Positions 1-9,379 of a stretch of DNA of 64,000 nucleotides are shown in pieces (within the stretch, counting starts at the first letter, position 1; every line of letters begins with the position of its first letter). This DNA is from an uncultured Gammaproteobacteria bacterium. GTDB lineage: Bacteria; Patescibacteriota; Patescibacteriia; UBA1558; GWA2-36-10. The position numbers were made by a program, and so were the translations under genes. The notes under the pieces were generated by a model, which was not told where the DNA came from, searched no databases, and saw only the letters and a list, made by a program, of their open reading frames with translations. The DNA lies in NCBI GenBank assembly GCA_964638415.1, contig CAZWYP010000006.1, positions 2,244 through 66,243 of the forward strand, given 5' to 3'.

Positions 1-109
1 TTAATAATCTATGCGGGGCAGACGGCACATGCTTGCGCCAAGAATGGCTGGTTTTTAATCTCATACTCTCCTCTTTTCTAAAGCTTACTATCTTTTGTGT
101 CGTTTAATA

Positions 110-1195
110 TTAAACAACGATGCGCTTAATATAACTGTTGATTCTGGTAATAACTTCGTAATTAATAGTTCTGGCATGTTCAGCTAATTCTTCCACCTTA
201 ATTTCCGGACCGATAATCTCCACTTCCGTGCCCATCATCGCCTGGTGCTTAGCCGGCAACTCTATCATAGTTAAATTCATGCAGATATTGCCTCTAATTG
301 GGCAACGCTGCTTATTTACCACCACCTCCGCCTTATTGGACAAGCTGCGGTCATATCCCTCATTGTAGCCAATGGGTAGAATAGCGATATCGCAATCCTT
401 ATCTGTCACATAGGTGCGGTTGTAGCCAATGCTCTGTCCAGCTTTTAATCTTTTAACTTGGACGATCTTGGTTTTCCAGGATAACACTGGCTTAAGTTTT
501 AAGCCTAATTTCAAGCCTCTCTCCTGAGCAGCGACTGACGGCCATAAGCCATATAAAGATATGCCTAAGCGGATAATATCTCCATGGCGGTTATGCTGGC
601 TTAAAGCGGCCGCTGAACAAGCCGTATGATTCTTGTACTTGGGGAAATGCTGGCAAACGCTTTTAAACACATCAAGCTGTTCGGTAGTAAAAGTCTGGTC
701 ATCATTCTCAGATTCAGCATAGTGGGTATATAGGCTGTCGATTTTAAGATTTTCCAAGGTTTCAATATGCTTAATGGCTTTAACCGCCTCCTCTGCCCTG
801 AAGCCTAAGCGGGAAGTTCCCGTATCTATTTTAATAGACACTAAAAAGCTCTTGCCCAAGGTGTTAAGGTAATGGGCGGTATCTAAGTCATAAATAGGCA
901 AGGCAATCTGCTCAGCAGAAGCCTGTACCAACTCCTCTTCTGAACGGTCAAAGTAGCTTAAAACCATAATGGGCTTTTTGGTTAAGCGCTTAAGTTCAAT
1001 AGCCTCTGACAAAGATACTACCATAAAGCCAAAAACATGCTTATTGGCGTCTAAAATCTTAGCTACTTCCGCTAAGCCATGGCCATAGGCATTGCTCTTA
1101 ATTACCGGCCAAATGGGCAGATCGGGAGACAATTTATGGTACTGATCTACATTATGATTTAGATTTTTACTGTTAATTTCCAGCCAAGTAAGCAT
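110..1195 (-). CDS. alr: Alanine racemase
   Basis: N-terminal PLP-lysine motif VIKSNAYGHG, KIDTGTSRLG, R-x-G-I-x-LYG, GQSIGY catalytic Tyr region, GNICMN, C-terminal TINYEV. Confidence 0.95.
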   Translation of the reverse strand: MLTWLEINSKNLNHNVDQYHKLSPDLPIWPVIKSNAYGHGLAEVAKILDANKHVFGFMVVSLSEAIELKRLTKKPIMVLSYFDRSEEELVQASAEQIALPIYDLDTAHYLNTLGKSFLVSIKIDTGTSRLGFRAEEAVKAIKHIETLENLKIDSLYTHYAESENDDQTFTTEQLDVFKSVCQHFPKYKNHTACSAAALSQHNRHGDIIRLGISLYGLWPSVAAQERGLKLGLKLKPVLSWKTKIVQVKRLKAGQSIGYNRTYVTDKDCDIAILPIGYNEGYDRSLSNKAEVVVNKQRCPIRGNICMNLTMIELPAKHQAMMGTEVEIIGPEIKVEELAEHARTINYEVITRINSYIKRIVV

Positions 1196-1246
1196 AGTTT
1201 TTAGTTAAAAATAACAGTTTAATCTTAGCAAAAATTAGGCAAAAGA

Positions 1247-1282
1247 AAAAGCCCGGATTATCCCTTGATAACCCAGGCTTTT
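1247..1282 (-). terminator. Probable intrinsic terminator of the 1298..2017 gene
   Basis: Imperfect hairpin AAAAGCC-CGG-ATTATC-cctt-GATAA-CCCA-GGCTTTT with an A-run giving a U-tract on the minus strand, just after the stop codon. Confidence 0.6.
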
Positions 1283-1297
1283 ATGATGATTTCCGTC

Positions 1298-2017
1298 CTA
1301 ACTTTTGGTCTTGCTGGCTTCCCGCAAATTGCGAGCACTGGCTTCTTCGGACTTCAAGTTAGCAACTGTCACCCAGTCGTAGAAAACAGAAAAAGCTTTC
1401 CAACACAATTGCAGAATAGCTCCACAGACTACGAGAGTTAGAATAAGCAAGGCTGTCAGCACAATGCCGACCAGAAAGCTCCAGTAAATACCGGAGGCAC
1501 CGCCGAAGATCAGGGCAATTGCCAAACTGCCATAGAGAGAATCACGGCCCTTGAGCTTAGGATGATTCATCAGGCGGAAGAACAAGAAGATCATCAAAGC
1601 GGCAAAGATGGGATCCAAGATCCTTGGACTGGAGAAAGGCAATGGGAAGCGGAAAATATCCCGATACAATGTCTGGGTAATAGTTTCCCCTGCTTCCGCT
1701 TGTGCTTCAGATACAGCAGTAGAATCTTTGGCAACTGAATCTTTTGCTGTTGAATCAGCCAGTGCCTGGGTAGAGTCGCCAGCAGCTTTGGCCGCTGGTT
1801 TTTTGGTTTCCACCACCTGGCCAGTGGCTTTGCTCAGGGTAATGGTCACTATCTGACCGTCTTTCATCACTGCTTGCCGATGAGCAATAGCAGAAACGCT
1901 GGGAATGCTATTTCCCGACAGCGCCCAAATAAGCCAAAACAGGGCTACCACGGTAAAGGTGGTAATAGCCATTCGCTTTGCTATTATAACATCGCGATCA
2001 AGATTTTTGGCAGGCAT
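1298..2017 (-). CDS. Hypothetical membrane protein with N-terminal TM, DST-rich low-complexity extracytoplasmic loop and C-terminal TM bundle
   Basis: 239-aa ORF; AAAGGAG Shine-Dalgarno 6 nt upstream of ATG; own promoter and terminator; clear hydrophobic segments. Confidence 0.75.
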   Translation of the reverse strand: MPAKNLDRDVIIAKRMAITTFTVVALFWLIWALSGNSIPSVSAIAHRQAVMKDGQIVTITLSKATGQVVETKKPAAKAAGDSTQALADSTAKDSVAKDSTAVSEAQAEAGETITQTLYRDIFRFPLPFSSPRILDPIFAALMIFLFFRLMNHPKLKGRDSLYGSLAIALIFGGASGIYWSFLVGIVLTALLILTLVVCGAILQLCWKAFSVFYDWVTVANLKSEEASARNLREASKTKS

Positions 2018-2072
2018 AAAATACTCCTTTTAGTCTGCGGTTAGGGATGTTTAAGTACTGCTTTACTTGGCA

Positions 2073-2102
2073 ATCCTAACAGACTATCCTAAGGCCTGTC
2101 AA
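2073..2102 (-). promoter_or_regulatory. Sigma70-type promoter of the 1298..2017 gene
   Basis: Minus strand TTGACA (2102-2097), 18 nt spacer, TGn-TAGGAT (2078-2073). Confidence 0.6.
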
Positions 2103-2113
2103 TAAGATAAAAT

Positions 2114-3355
2114 TTATACTTTCAATGCCTTTTTACCAACAAATGGCTGTAATACTTTAGGCACCAACACTGAACCGTCGGTCTGCTGATTCTGCTCCAA
2201 AATAGCGGGAATAAGACGGCTGGTAGCTAAACCGGAAGCATTCAAGGTATGGACAAAATCATTCTTGCCTGTTTTATTATCCTTGTAGCGGATATTACCT
2301 CTCCTCGCTTGGTAATCTAAAGCATTAGAAACTGAAGACACTTCCTTGTAAGTATTCATGGAAGGAATCCAGACTTCCAAATCAACAGTCTTAGCCATAG
2401 CAGCGCTGCAATCTTCCGCCGCTAAAGCCACTGTCTGGTAATGCAAATCCAAGCCTTCAATTAATTTCTGGGCATTTAATAACAGCTCGTCAAAAGCCTT
2501 CCAAGATTCTTCCGGCTTAGTAAACTGGAACATTTCAATTTTATTGAACTGATGACCTCTAATCATCCCCCGCTCCTCTTTGCGGTAAGCGCCAGCTTCC
2601 CGACGAAAACAAGTAGAATAGGCAAAATATTTCAAAGGCAGATCTTTGTCTGGCAAAATTTCATCACGATGCAAATTACCAAGCATCATTTCACTGGTAG
2701 CATTAAGGCAGAGCTTATCCTGGGTCCAGAATAAATCATCGCGGAATTTAGGCAAATGACCGGAAGTATAGGCGGATTTTTCCGTTAATAAATAAGGCGG
2801 TAAGATAAACTGGTAGCCGTTCTTCCGGTGAAATTCAATAAAATAATTAAGCAAAGCCCATTCCAGAATCGCTCCATCGCCGGTATATAGCCAGAAGCCG
2901 CTGCCGGACATTTTAGCCGCCCGCTCATAGTCAATTAGCTTCAAGGAGGTGGCTAATTCCACATGGTCTTTTATTTTATCAAGCTTTGGCTGGCTGCCAA
3001 AAGTCTTAATAACCTTGTTATTTTCCTTGCCACCAGCCAGCACATCATCAGCCGGTAAATTAGGCAATTCCGACAAACGCAAATACAATTCCGCTTCAAT
3101 GCCCGCTAATTTCTTATCTAGCTTCTTAATATCTTCCCCGATCTTCTTCATCACCGCAATGGTTTTAGCATCCGGCTTAACTTTAGATGACTGATTGCGC
3201 TTAGCTTTTAATTCATCATTTTTAGTAATTACTTCCCGGCGTTGATCATCTAATTTAATAATGCTGTCCAAATCCAAATCTACTTTGGACATTCGCTTCA
3301 GCAAGCCTGCTTCTACCTGATCTTTATGGTCTCTAATTAATTGTATATCCAACAT
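2114..3355 (-). CDS. serS: Serine--tRNA ligase
   Basis: MLDI N-terminus, coiled-coil arm, TxE motif (NATSE), motif 2 CFRREAG...RGHQFNKIE, EVSSVSN, motif 3 VHTLNASGLATSR. Confidence 0.97.
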   Translation of the reverse strand: MLDIQLIRDHKDQVEAGLLKRMSKVDLDLDSIIKLDDQRREVITKNDELKAKRNQSSKVKPDAKTIAVMKKIGEDIKKLDKKLAGIEAELYLRLSELPNLPADDVLAGGKENNKVIKTFGSQPKLDKIKDHVELATSLKLIDYERAAKMSGSGFWLYTGDGAILEWALLNYFIEFHRKNGYQFILPPYLLTEKSAYTSGHLPKFRDDLFWTQDKLCLNATSEMMLGNLHRDEILPDKDLPLKYFAYSTCFRREAGAYRKEERGMIRGHQFNKIEMFQFTKPEESWKAFDELLLNAQKLIEGLDLHYQTVALAAEDCSAAMAKTVDLEVWIPSMNTYKEVSSVSNALDYQARRGNIRYKDNKTGKNDFVHTLNASGLATSRLIPAILEQNQQTDGSVLVPKVLQPFVGKKALKV

Positions 3356-3361
3356 AATATT

Positions 3362-4837
3362 TTATTTACTTTTTGGCCTCATAGTTGGGAAGAAAATTAC
3401 TTCCTTGATATTCTCCACATTGCCTAAGAGCATAATTAGTCTATCAATACCGATGCCTAAACCGGCCGTAGGCGGCATGCCGTGCTTTAAGGCTTCCACG
3501 AATTCATCATCTGCTCCCTGCGCTTCCTCATCCCCTTTTTTCGCCAAAGCTTTTTGCTCGGCAAAGCGCTCCGCCTGATCCAAAGGATCATTAAGCTCGG
3601 AAAAAGCATTACAGACTTCCGCGGTATTCACTACCAATTGGAAGCGCTCTACATAATTAGGACGATCAGCTATTTTTTTGGCTAAAGGAGAAATTTCAAT
3701 GGGATGATTAATTAAGAAAGTCGGCTGGATAATCTGCGGGCGAATAACTTTTTTATACAACTCATCTAATAATTTACCCCTACCCCAGCTTTTATCTGTC
3801 TTTAAACTCTGCTTTTTAGCCAAAACCATTAAATCTTTATCTGACAGCTTATCTATATCCACCTGGTAATATTTGGTGAATAAATCCTTAAAATCTACCC
3901 GGGGATAAGGATCTTTAAAATTTAAAGTATGCTCTCCGCTTTTTACCTCATAGCTGCCGGTAACAGCTTTAGCTAAAGCTGCCATGAATTTCTCCACAAA
4001 CTCCATCAGTCCCTCATAATCCTGGTAAGCCCAATATGCTTCAATCTGGGTAAATTCCGGATTATGCTGGTGGTCAATGCCTTCATTGCGGAAACAGCGG
4101 GCAATTTCATACACTTTCTCGTAACCGCCAATAATTAATCTTTTAAGATACAATTCCGGGGCAACGCGCAAGTATAGATCTATATCCAAAGCATTATGGT
4201 GGGTTTGGAAAGGCTGAGCAGTTGCACCAGAAGCCACTGCCTGCAGCATTGGCGTATCCACTTCCACAAAGCCAGCTTGGTTATAGTATTGCCGGATAAA
4301 GTCAATTACTTTGCTGCGCAACAGGAAAATATTCTTTACTTCGGGATTAGCCAGCAAATCCAAATATCTTTTTCTAAACCTTAAATCCTGATCTGCCAAG
4401 CCGGAATGTTTATCTGGTAAAGGCAATAGAGCTTTAGCTAGCATCATAACTTGGGAAGCTAAAATGGTCGGCTCGGCAGTTTTAGTCACAAAAGCTTGTC
4501 CGGTAATCTGAATGAAATCCCCTAAGTCAAAATTATCCTTGAAATTTTGGTAAGCTTCTTCGCCTAAATTATCTTTGCGGATAAAGCCCTGCACTTTGCC
4601 AGACTCATCTTCAAAATGCAGAAAGCAGGAACCACCCTGCAAGCGCAAGGAACGAATGCGTCCGGCTAGCACCACGGTTTGCTGGCTCGTAACCAAAGAC
4701 TTGAATTCAGCTAGAAAATCGCCAATAGTTTTATTTCTCTGGCTATTAGCTGGATAAGCAGCAACACCAGCTTTAGCCAATTGCTTTAGCTTTTTTAACC
4801 GCTGCTGGTATTCATCGTTAATATTGTATTCTGTCAT
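3362..4837 (-). CDS. lysS: Lysine--tRNA ligase (class II)
   Basis: OB-fold anticodon domain, RFRKRYLDL, YLRVAPELYLKRL, FRNEGID..HNPEFT, ERFQL, NAFSELNDP, GMPPTAGLGIGIDRL. Confidence 0.97.
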   Translation of the reverse strand: MTEYNINDEYQQRLKKLKQLAKAGVAAYPANSQRNKTIGDFLAEFKSLVTSQQTVVLAGRIRSLRLQGGSCFLHFEDESGKVQGFIRKDNLGEEAYQNFKDNFDLGDFIQITGQAFVTKTAEPTILASQVMMLAKALLPLPDKHSGLADQDLRFRKRYLDLLANPEVKNIFLLRSKVIDFIRQYYNQAGFVEVDTPMLQAVASGATAQPFQTHHNALDIDLYLRVAPELYLKRLIIGGYEKVYEIARCFRNEGIDHQHNPEFTQIEAYWAYQDYEGLMEFVEKFMAALAKAVTGSYEVKSGEHTLNFKDPYPRVDFKDLFTKYYQVDIDKLSDKDLMVLAKKQSLKTDKSWGRGKLLDELYKKVIRPQIIQPTFLINHPIEISPLAKKIADRPNYVERFQLVVNTAEVCNAFSELNDPLDQAERFAEQKALAKKGDEEAQGADDEFVEALKHGMPPTAGLGIGIDRLIMLLGNVENIKEVIFFPTMRPKSK

Positions 4838-4927
4838 ATTTTTATTGTCTTTCTGGCTATAATTTTACTGAATTTTTAGCCAAATAGCAAGAAAAATAAT
4901 ACTTTAACAATAAATAAAAACTATCTA

Positions 4928-4956
4928 TTGACAAAATAATTAAAATATGATAGATT
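4928..4956 (+). promoter_or_regulatory. Sigma70-type promoter of the secreted protein gene
   Basis: TTGACA (4928-4933), 17 nt spacer, TGn-TAGATT (4951-4956). The track's ATG at 4947 falls inside this promoter. Confidence 0.65.
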
Positions 4957-5015
4957 ATATTGCTTTGCGTCCTTTGTCAACTTGTCTTGTTTCACCAAGA
5001 AAAGGGAGTCTTTCC

Positions 5016-6629
5016 ATGTTTCGTTTCATTTTCGTGGTTTTGTTTGCCTGCCTGGCAACCATATCCATATCTTCCGCTGAAGTCATTGACAACAACGTTG
5101 TCTGCCAATTGCCCAACTCGTCCTCCTTGGACGATACTTTGGATCAGCAAGTCATGGCCTTTGACGTATTAGTCGGCGACTACGACGATCAGGACAGTAC
5201 AGTTTATGTGGCTTGGACATCATTTCAAGGCGACAACGACCAAACTGTCGTTGCGGCTTACCGAAATGGTGAGGAACTTTGGCGCACAATAGTACCTTTC
5301 CCCGGCGATGCTTATCCCATCGCCGTCAAAATGGTTGGAGGAAGGGTTATTGTTTGTAGCCAAACCGTTTCATCAAACCCATTCGAGACACAACTGTCAA
5401 TCGCGGCAATTGCCAATTTCAATGGTGGCTTTCTGTATTACGGACACGTTACGCCAAGTTATTCCGCTAGTTTGCCATGGCAATTCGAAATGTACACTGC
5501 TCCAAATGATTTATTAATAGACACAGCCGTTGTGATCTGGCATGTGCAAGGAAGCGGATCTTCGTATTTCCAACGCGTCAATGTAGCTGAAAATCCACCC
5601 ACTCTTTTTGACGGCGATGGAACTGCTTTCCCGAATGGCTGTTATGTCAACTCCGACGCCGCCTGGCAAGGTGGGCGCTGGTGGTTTTCCGACTGCGGTA
5701 CAACTATGTACTCAATTAGTCCTACCGAGGGTTTAGTCGGAATAGACACTACTTCTTCCAACTACTGGACTATGTTCAGTGGCAGCGAAGATTCTCTGTG
5801 GGGAGTAACCTTTAATAACGGAATGGTCCTAGAGCACCTGTCAACTTCCGGTGAAGTAAACCCGATAGACACCCGTGTCTTACTCAGTTTACACACAGAT
5901 CCCGATTGGTCATTTCGCATGTCCCACGAACGATTTATTACCGGTGGACGATTCTTGACGACGAGCATGATTGAAGACACGCCATGGCCGTGGTATCACG
6001 TTTCCGTAGGTTGGTATGATTTGGAAACTGGTGGAAATTGGGGCTTTAGTCTACCAACTTACAATCCCCCCATCTCACATGCCGGCGCCATTTCGGACCA
6101 CATGATCGGCCTGATTACAGCTGGCCAAACCACTGTTCGTTTCGACGCTTGGGATATTTTAGACAGCGCTTATACCATCAGCGTTGATTCCATCGGTCCG
6201 CACCAAGATGGTTGGGGCGGCTGGTCAAGAATTTTCCCAGACGGTCACGGTGGGGCTGAGCTATTCTGGACTACTGCCGAAGGCATGGGGCCGGGCACGT
6301 TATATCATTATCACGTCACAAACGTGCAATCGACAAACAACCCAATTCAGACGAACATTCCTATAGACATGTCGCTCGGCCAGAACTACCCCAACCCGTT
6401 CAATCCGACGACGACCATTCCGTTCAACCTGCATCGCGCCGGTCCGGTAACACTGAAAGTATTCAATATTACCGGGCAGTTGGTTGCTACCGTGCTGAAC
6501 AACCAGGTGATGTCGGCCGGACAGCAGCAAGTTAATTTTGACGGCTCGCAGCTGTCCAGCGGCGTTTACGTCTATACCATTTCCAGCGGCAACTTCCAAG
6601 CTGCTCAGAAGATGGTCCTGATGAAATAA
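5016..6629 (+). CDS. Secreted beta-rich protein with C-terminal T9SS type A sorting/FlgD-Ig-like domain
   Basis: Start re-called at ATG 5016 (AAGGGAG RBS; signal peptide MFRFIFVVLFACLATISISSA). C-terminus LGQNYPNPFNPTTTIPF...VFNITGQLV...FDGSQLSSGVYVY...KMVLMK. Confidence 0.85.
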   Translation: MFRFIFVVLFACLATISISSAEVIDNNVVCQLPNSSSLDDTLDQQVMAFDVLVGDYDDQDSTVYVAWTSFQGDNDQTVVAAYRNGEELWRTIVPFPGDAYPIAVKMVGGRVIVCSQTVSSNPFETQLSIAAIANFNGGFLYYGHVTPSYSASLPWQFEMYTAPNDLLIDTAVVIWHVQGSGSSYFQRVNVAENPPTLFDGDGTAFPNGCYVNSDAAWQGGRWWFSDCGTTMYSISPTEGLVGIDTTSSNYWTMFSGSEDSLWGVTFNNGMVLEHLSTSGEVNPIDTRVLLSLHTDPDWSFRMSHERFITGGRFLTTSMIEDTPWPWYHVSVGWYDLETGGNWGFSLPTYNPPISHAGAISDHMIGLITAGQTTVRFDAWDILDSAYTISVDSIGPHQDGWGGWSRIFPDGHGGAELFWTTAEGMGPGTLYHYHVTNVQSTNNPIQTNIPIDMSLGQNYPNPFNPTTTIPFNLHRAGPVTLKVFNITGQLVATVLNNQVMSAGQQQVNFDGSQLSSGVYVYTISSGNFQAAQKMVLMK

Positions 6630-6648
6630 GGCAAGACAATACGATGAA

Positions 6649-6685
6649 AGACCCGTTATCTATGAAGGTAACGGGTCTCTTTTTT
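6649..6685 (+). terminator. Intrinsic terminator between convergent genes
   Basis: AGACCCGTTA...TAACGGGTCT stem followed by a T-run. Confidence 0.8.
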
Positions 6686-6696
6686 ACTAATAGATA

Positions 6697-7500
6697 CTAT
6701 TTCACTTCCGGTAATTTCTGCCCGCGGAATTTCCAGAAGTATTTAATAAAGCTCAAAATATGTTGGCGGGAATATTTGCTGAAAGCAGTCTTTAAGACAT
6801 TCTCCGCAGCTGACTGGCGGCGATGCAGGTGAATCACTTCCGCCTGACCAACATAAGCTACTTGCCAGCCAGCTTGCCAAAACCTCCGGCACCAGTCAAT
6901 ATCCTCCAAATACATAAAGTATCTTTCATCCAAGAGGCCGACTTTTTCTAAAGCAGCACTGCGTACTAATAAACAAGCGCCGAATAAAGCCGGCACGGGA
7001 AAATTCTGATGATGATCATGATCTTTAAGAAAATAATAATTAAGCCAGTCTTGTCCGGCTTTAGTCTCTGCCAAGGTAGTGCGCCGATAAAGAGGCAGGC
7101 GCCAATCCGGAAAACGAGTGCAGGAATATTGGATAGTTTTGTCAGCATTAATTAGCCGCGGTCCGCATAAGCCGACTTGCGGATTATCTTCCAAATACTG
7201 ATACATAATATTTACCGCATCAGATAGAATGGCCAAATCCGGATTAAGGATGAGAATATACTTGCCCTGCGCCTGCTTAATTCCTAAATTATTACCCGCC
7301 GCAAAACCGCTATTCTTCTTATTCTGAATAAACTTAGCTTGAGGATACTCTTTTACTATCTCCTCCACTCCGTCATAGGAAGCATTGTCCACCACGATTA
7401 TTTCATAACTATGAGGCAATTTTAATTCCGCGATATTCTTTAATAATTCGCGGATCAAGTCTTTATTAAAATAATTAAGAATGACAATAGATAAATCCAT
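6697..7500 (-). CDS. GT2 family glycosyltransferase (WbbL/rhamnosyltransferase-like)
   Basis: Start re-called at ATG 7500 (MDLSIVILNY); VVDNAS, GFAAGNN, LNPD, YFMYLEDIDWC. Confidence 0.9.
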   Translation of the reverse strand: MDLSIVILNYFNKDLIRELLKNIAELKLPHSYEIIVVDNASYDGVEEIVKEYPQAKFIQNKKNSGFAAGNNLGIKQAQGKYILILNPDLAILSDAVNIMYQYLEDNPQVGLCGPRLINADKTIQYSCTRFPDWRLPLYRRTTLAETKAGQDWLNYYFLKDHDHHQNFPVPALFGACLLVRSAALEKVGLLDERYFMYLEDIDWCRRFWQAGWQVAYVGQAEVIHLHRRQSAAENVLKTAFSKYSRQHILSFIKYFWKFRGQKLPEVK

Positions 7501-7510
7501 TTTATTAAAT

Positions 7511-8497
7511 TTAAACAAACCAGCGCTGCATGTCTTCCGCTTTAATCTGGCGGTATTTTTTAATCTGCCTTTTTTTGTCGCGGAATTTAGGCAATAGCTG
7601 GAAGAATTCAAGCCAGCCTTTCAGCGTAGCTCTTTCCCTTAATAATAAATAGCCAAATTTCTTAAATTCATACCAAATAATTGGAAAAAAATCCTTGAAG
7701 AAATTCTTAGCAAAAGAGTTTTTGTAAATCATTGCCAGATGATTGCGGTAAGACAAGCGATTAGCAAAGCCCCTTTGCTTGCGGAAGCCCAACCCTTTAT
7801 TACTCACTGTCCGATGATGGTAAGCTATGGTTTCTGCTACCAGCCAATTCTCCCAGCCATTCAAGCGCAGGCGCCAAGCCAAATCAATGTCCTCCTTGTA
7901 AGCAAAGAAGTCCTCATCAAAATACTCGTAATTGCCATTGCCCTTGTCGTACTTAATCTTCTCCAGGCACTGGCGCCTAACCAATAAAGCAGTAGCGGAT
8001 AATCCGAAAACTTCCTGATTGATAGGATCATTATCTGGCTGGCCTTGAGCCATGTCTACTACCTGGCGATTGCGGCTTATTTTCAGCCCCAAAGAATCTA
8101 TGGTCTGGGTAAGATTATTGGCATGGAAATCCCAATATAATAGTTTGCCGGAAGCTGACGCAGCCATGGGATTAGCTTCCATAAACGCTACTAACTTCTC
8201 TAAATAGTCATTGGCCAGCATCACATCCTGGTTAAGGAATAGAATATAGTCCGACTTAGACCAGTTAATTAATAAATTGTGGCCTTTGGCAAAACCGATA
8301 TTCTGCTTCTGCTGGATGACTTTGGCCGGTGGATAATACTCCTTCATAGTAGCGACGGAATTATCGGTGGAAGCATTGTCCAAAACCAATAATTCCCAGT
8401 CGGTAAAAGTCTGGTTCTGCAGGCTTTTAATTAACCAGGGCAAATACTGGGCGCCATTCCAAGTTAATAAGCTAATAGTTACTTTAGGCTTGTTCAT
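7511..8497 (-). CDS. GT2 family glycosyltransferase
   Basis: VLDNASTD, GFAKGHN, LNQD, FFAYKEDIDLAWR. Confidence 0.9.
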   Translation of the reverse strand: MNKPKVTISLLTWNGAQYLPWLIKSLQNQTFTDWELLVLDNASTDNSVATMKEYYPPAKVIQQKQNIGFAKGHNLLINWSKSDYILFLNQDVMLANDYLEKLVAFMEANPMAASASGKLLYWDFHANNLTQTIDSLGLKISRNRQVVDMAQGQPDNDPINQEVFGLSATALLVRRQCLEKIKYDKGNGNYEYFDEDFFAYKEDIDLAWRLRLNGWENWLVAETIAYHHRTVSNKGLGFRKQRGFANRLSYRNHLAMIYKNSFAKNFFKDFFPIIWYEFKKFGYLLLRERATLKGWLEFFQLLPKFRDKKRQIKKYRQIKAEDMQRWFV

Positions 8498-9378
8498 AGG
8501 ATATCGATATCAAAATCTCGGTGGCGGTTAACCCAGATAATATAACAGAAAGTTAAAAACAGATTAAGCGGAATAAATAATAAAATAATCAAAGCAGTTA
8601 AAGGATTGTGGTGCTTGTAAAAATAATACAATATGCTCCAGTCAAAAATTGCCTGCTTAAAGAATTTACTTTCCTGGTCAAAACTTGCTCCGCCATAGTG
8701 AACTATGGAACTAGCCGGATAATATTCAATAGCCAGACCAGCTTTTGCTGCCCGCTTGCACCAATCCACTTCTTCAAACCAGATAAAAAACTTGGGATCA
8801 AAATAACCTACTTCTTTCAATGCTTCCCGGCGCCAAACCATCGCCGCTCCCATGATCTGCTGGACTAATTGCGCACGGTTATAATCAAAATCTTTAGCCA
8901 GATAATGGCGCAATAGCAGATTATTAGGAAAAACCTTGCTCAATTTCAGCAGGACAAAAAGCTGGGACCATAGCCCGGGAAAACGCCTGACTGAAGGCTG
9001 GATAGAGCCATTGGTATTTAAAACCTTCGGTCCTAAAATTTTTATCTCCGGATGCTGGTCTAGGTGTTCAATGATCTGCCGGAAAAAACCCGGCTTTACT
9101 TCCGTATCCGGATTCAGTAAAAAAAGATATTTGCCTTTAGCCTGCTTTAAAGCCAGATTGTTGGCTTGGGCAAATCCCCGGTTTTTCGGCAAAGCAATCA
9201 TGGTCACTTCGGGATAATTAGCAATAACCATTTCAGAAGTTTCATCGCGAGAATCGTTATCTACCACAAAAATCTCGCGGGAAAAATCCTGCGAATCTGC
9301 CAAGATTGAATCAAGGCATTTTTCCAATAATGGCCTGACTTTCCAATTGACAATAATAACCGAAATAATTGGCTGCAT
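8494..9378 (-). CDS. GT2 family glycosyltransferase (WbbL-like)
   Basis: VVDNDSRD, GFAQANN, LNPD, FFIWFEEVDWC; ATGA overlap with the next gene. Confidence 0.9.
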   Translation of the reverse strand: MQPIISVIIVNWKVRPLLEKCLDSILADSQDFSREIFVVDNDSRDETSEMVIANYPEVTMIALPKNRGFAQANNLALKQAKGKYLFLLNPDTEVKPGFFRQIIEHLDQHPEIKILGPKVLNTNGSIQPSVRRFPGLWSQLFVLLKLSKVFPNNLLLRHYLAKDFDYNRAQLVQQIMGAAMVWRREALKEVGYFDPKFFIWFEEVDWCKRAAKAGLAIEYYPASSIVHYGGASFDQESKFFKQAIFDWSILYYFYKHHNPLTALIILLFIPLNLFLTFCYIIWVNRHRDFDIDIL

Positions 9379-9379
9379 A

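Noticed and set aside
4947-5015. Track start of the secreted protein
   Set aside because: ATG 4947 is inside the predicted promoter; ATG 5016 has the RBS and signal peptide.
7501-7611. N-terminal extension of the GT2 ORF
   Set aside because: Overlaps the upstream gene by about 100 nt; GT2 similarity starts at MDLSIV (7500).
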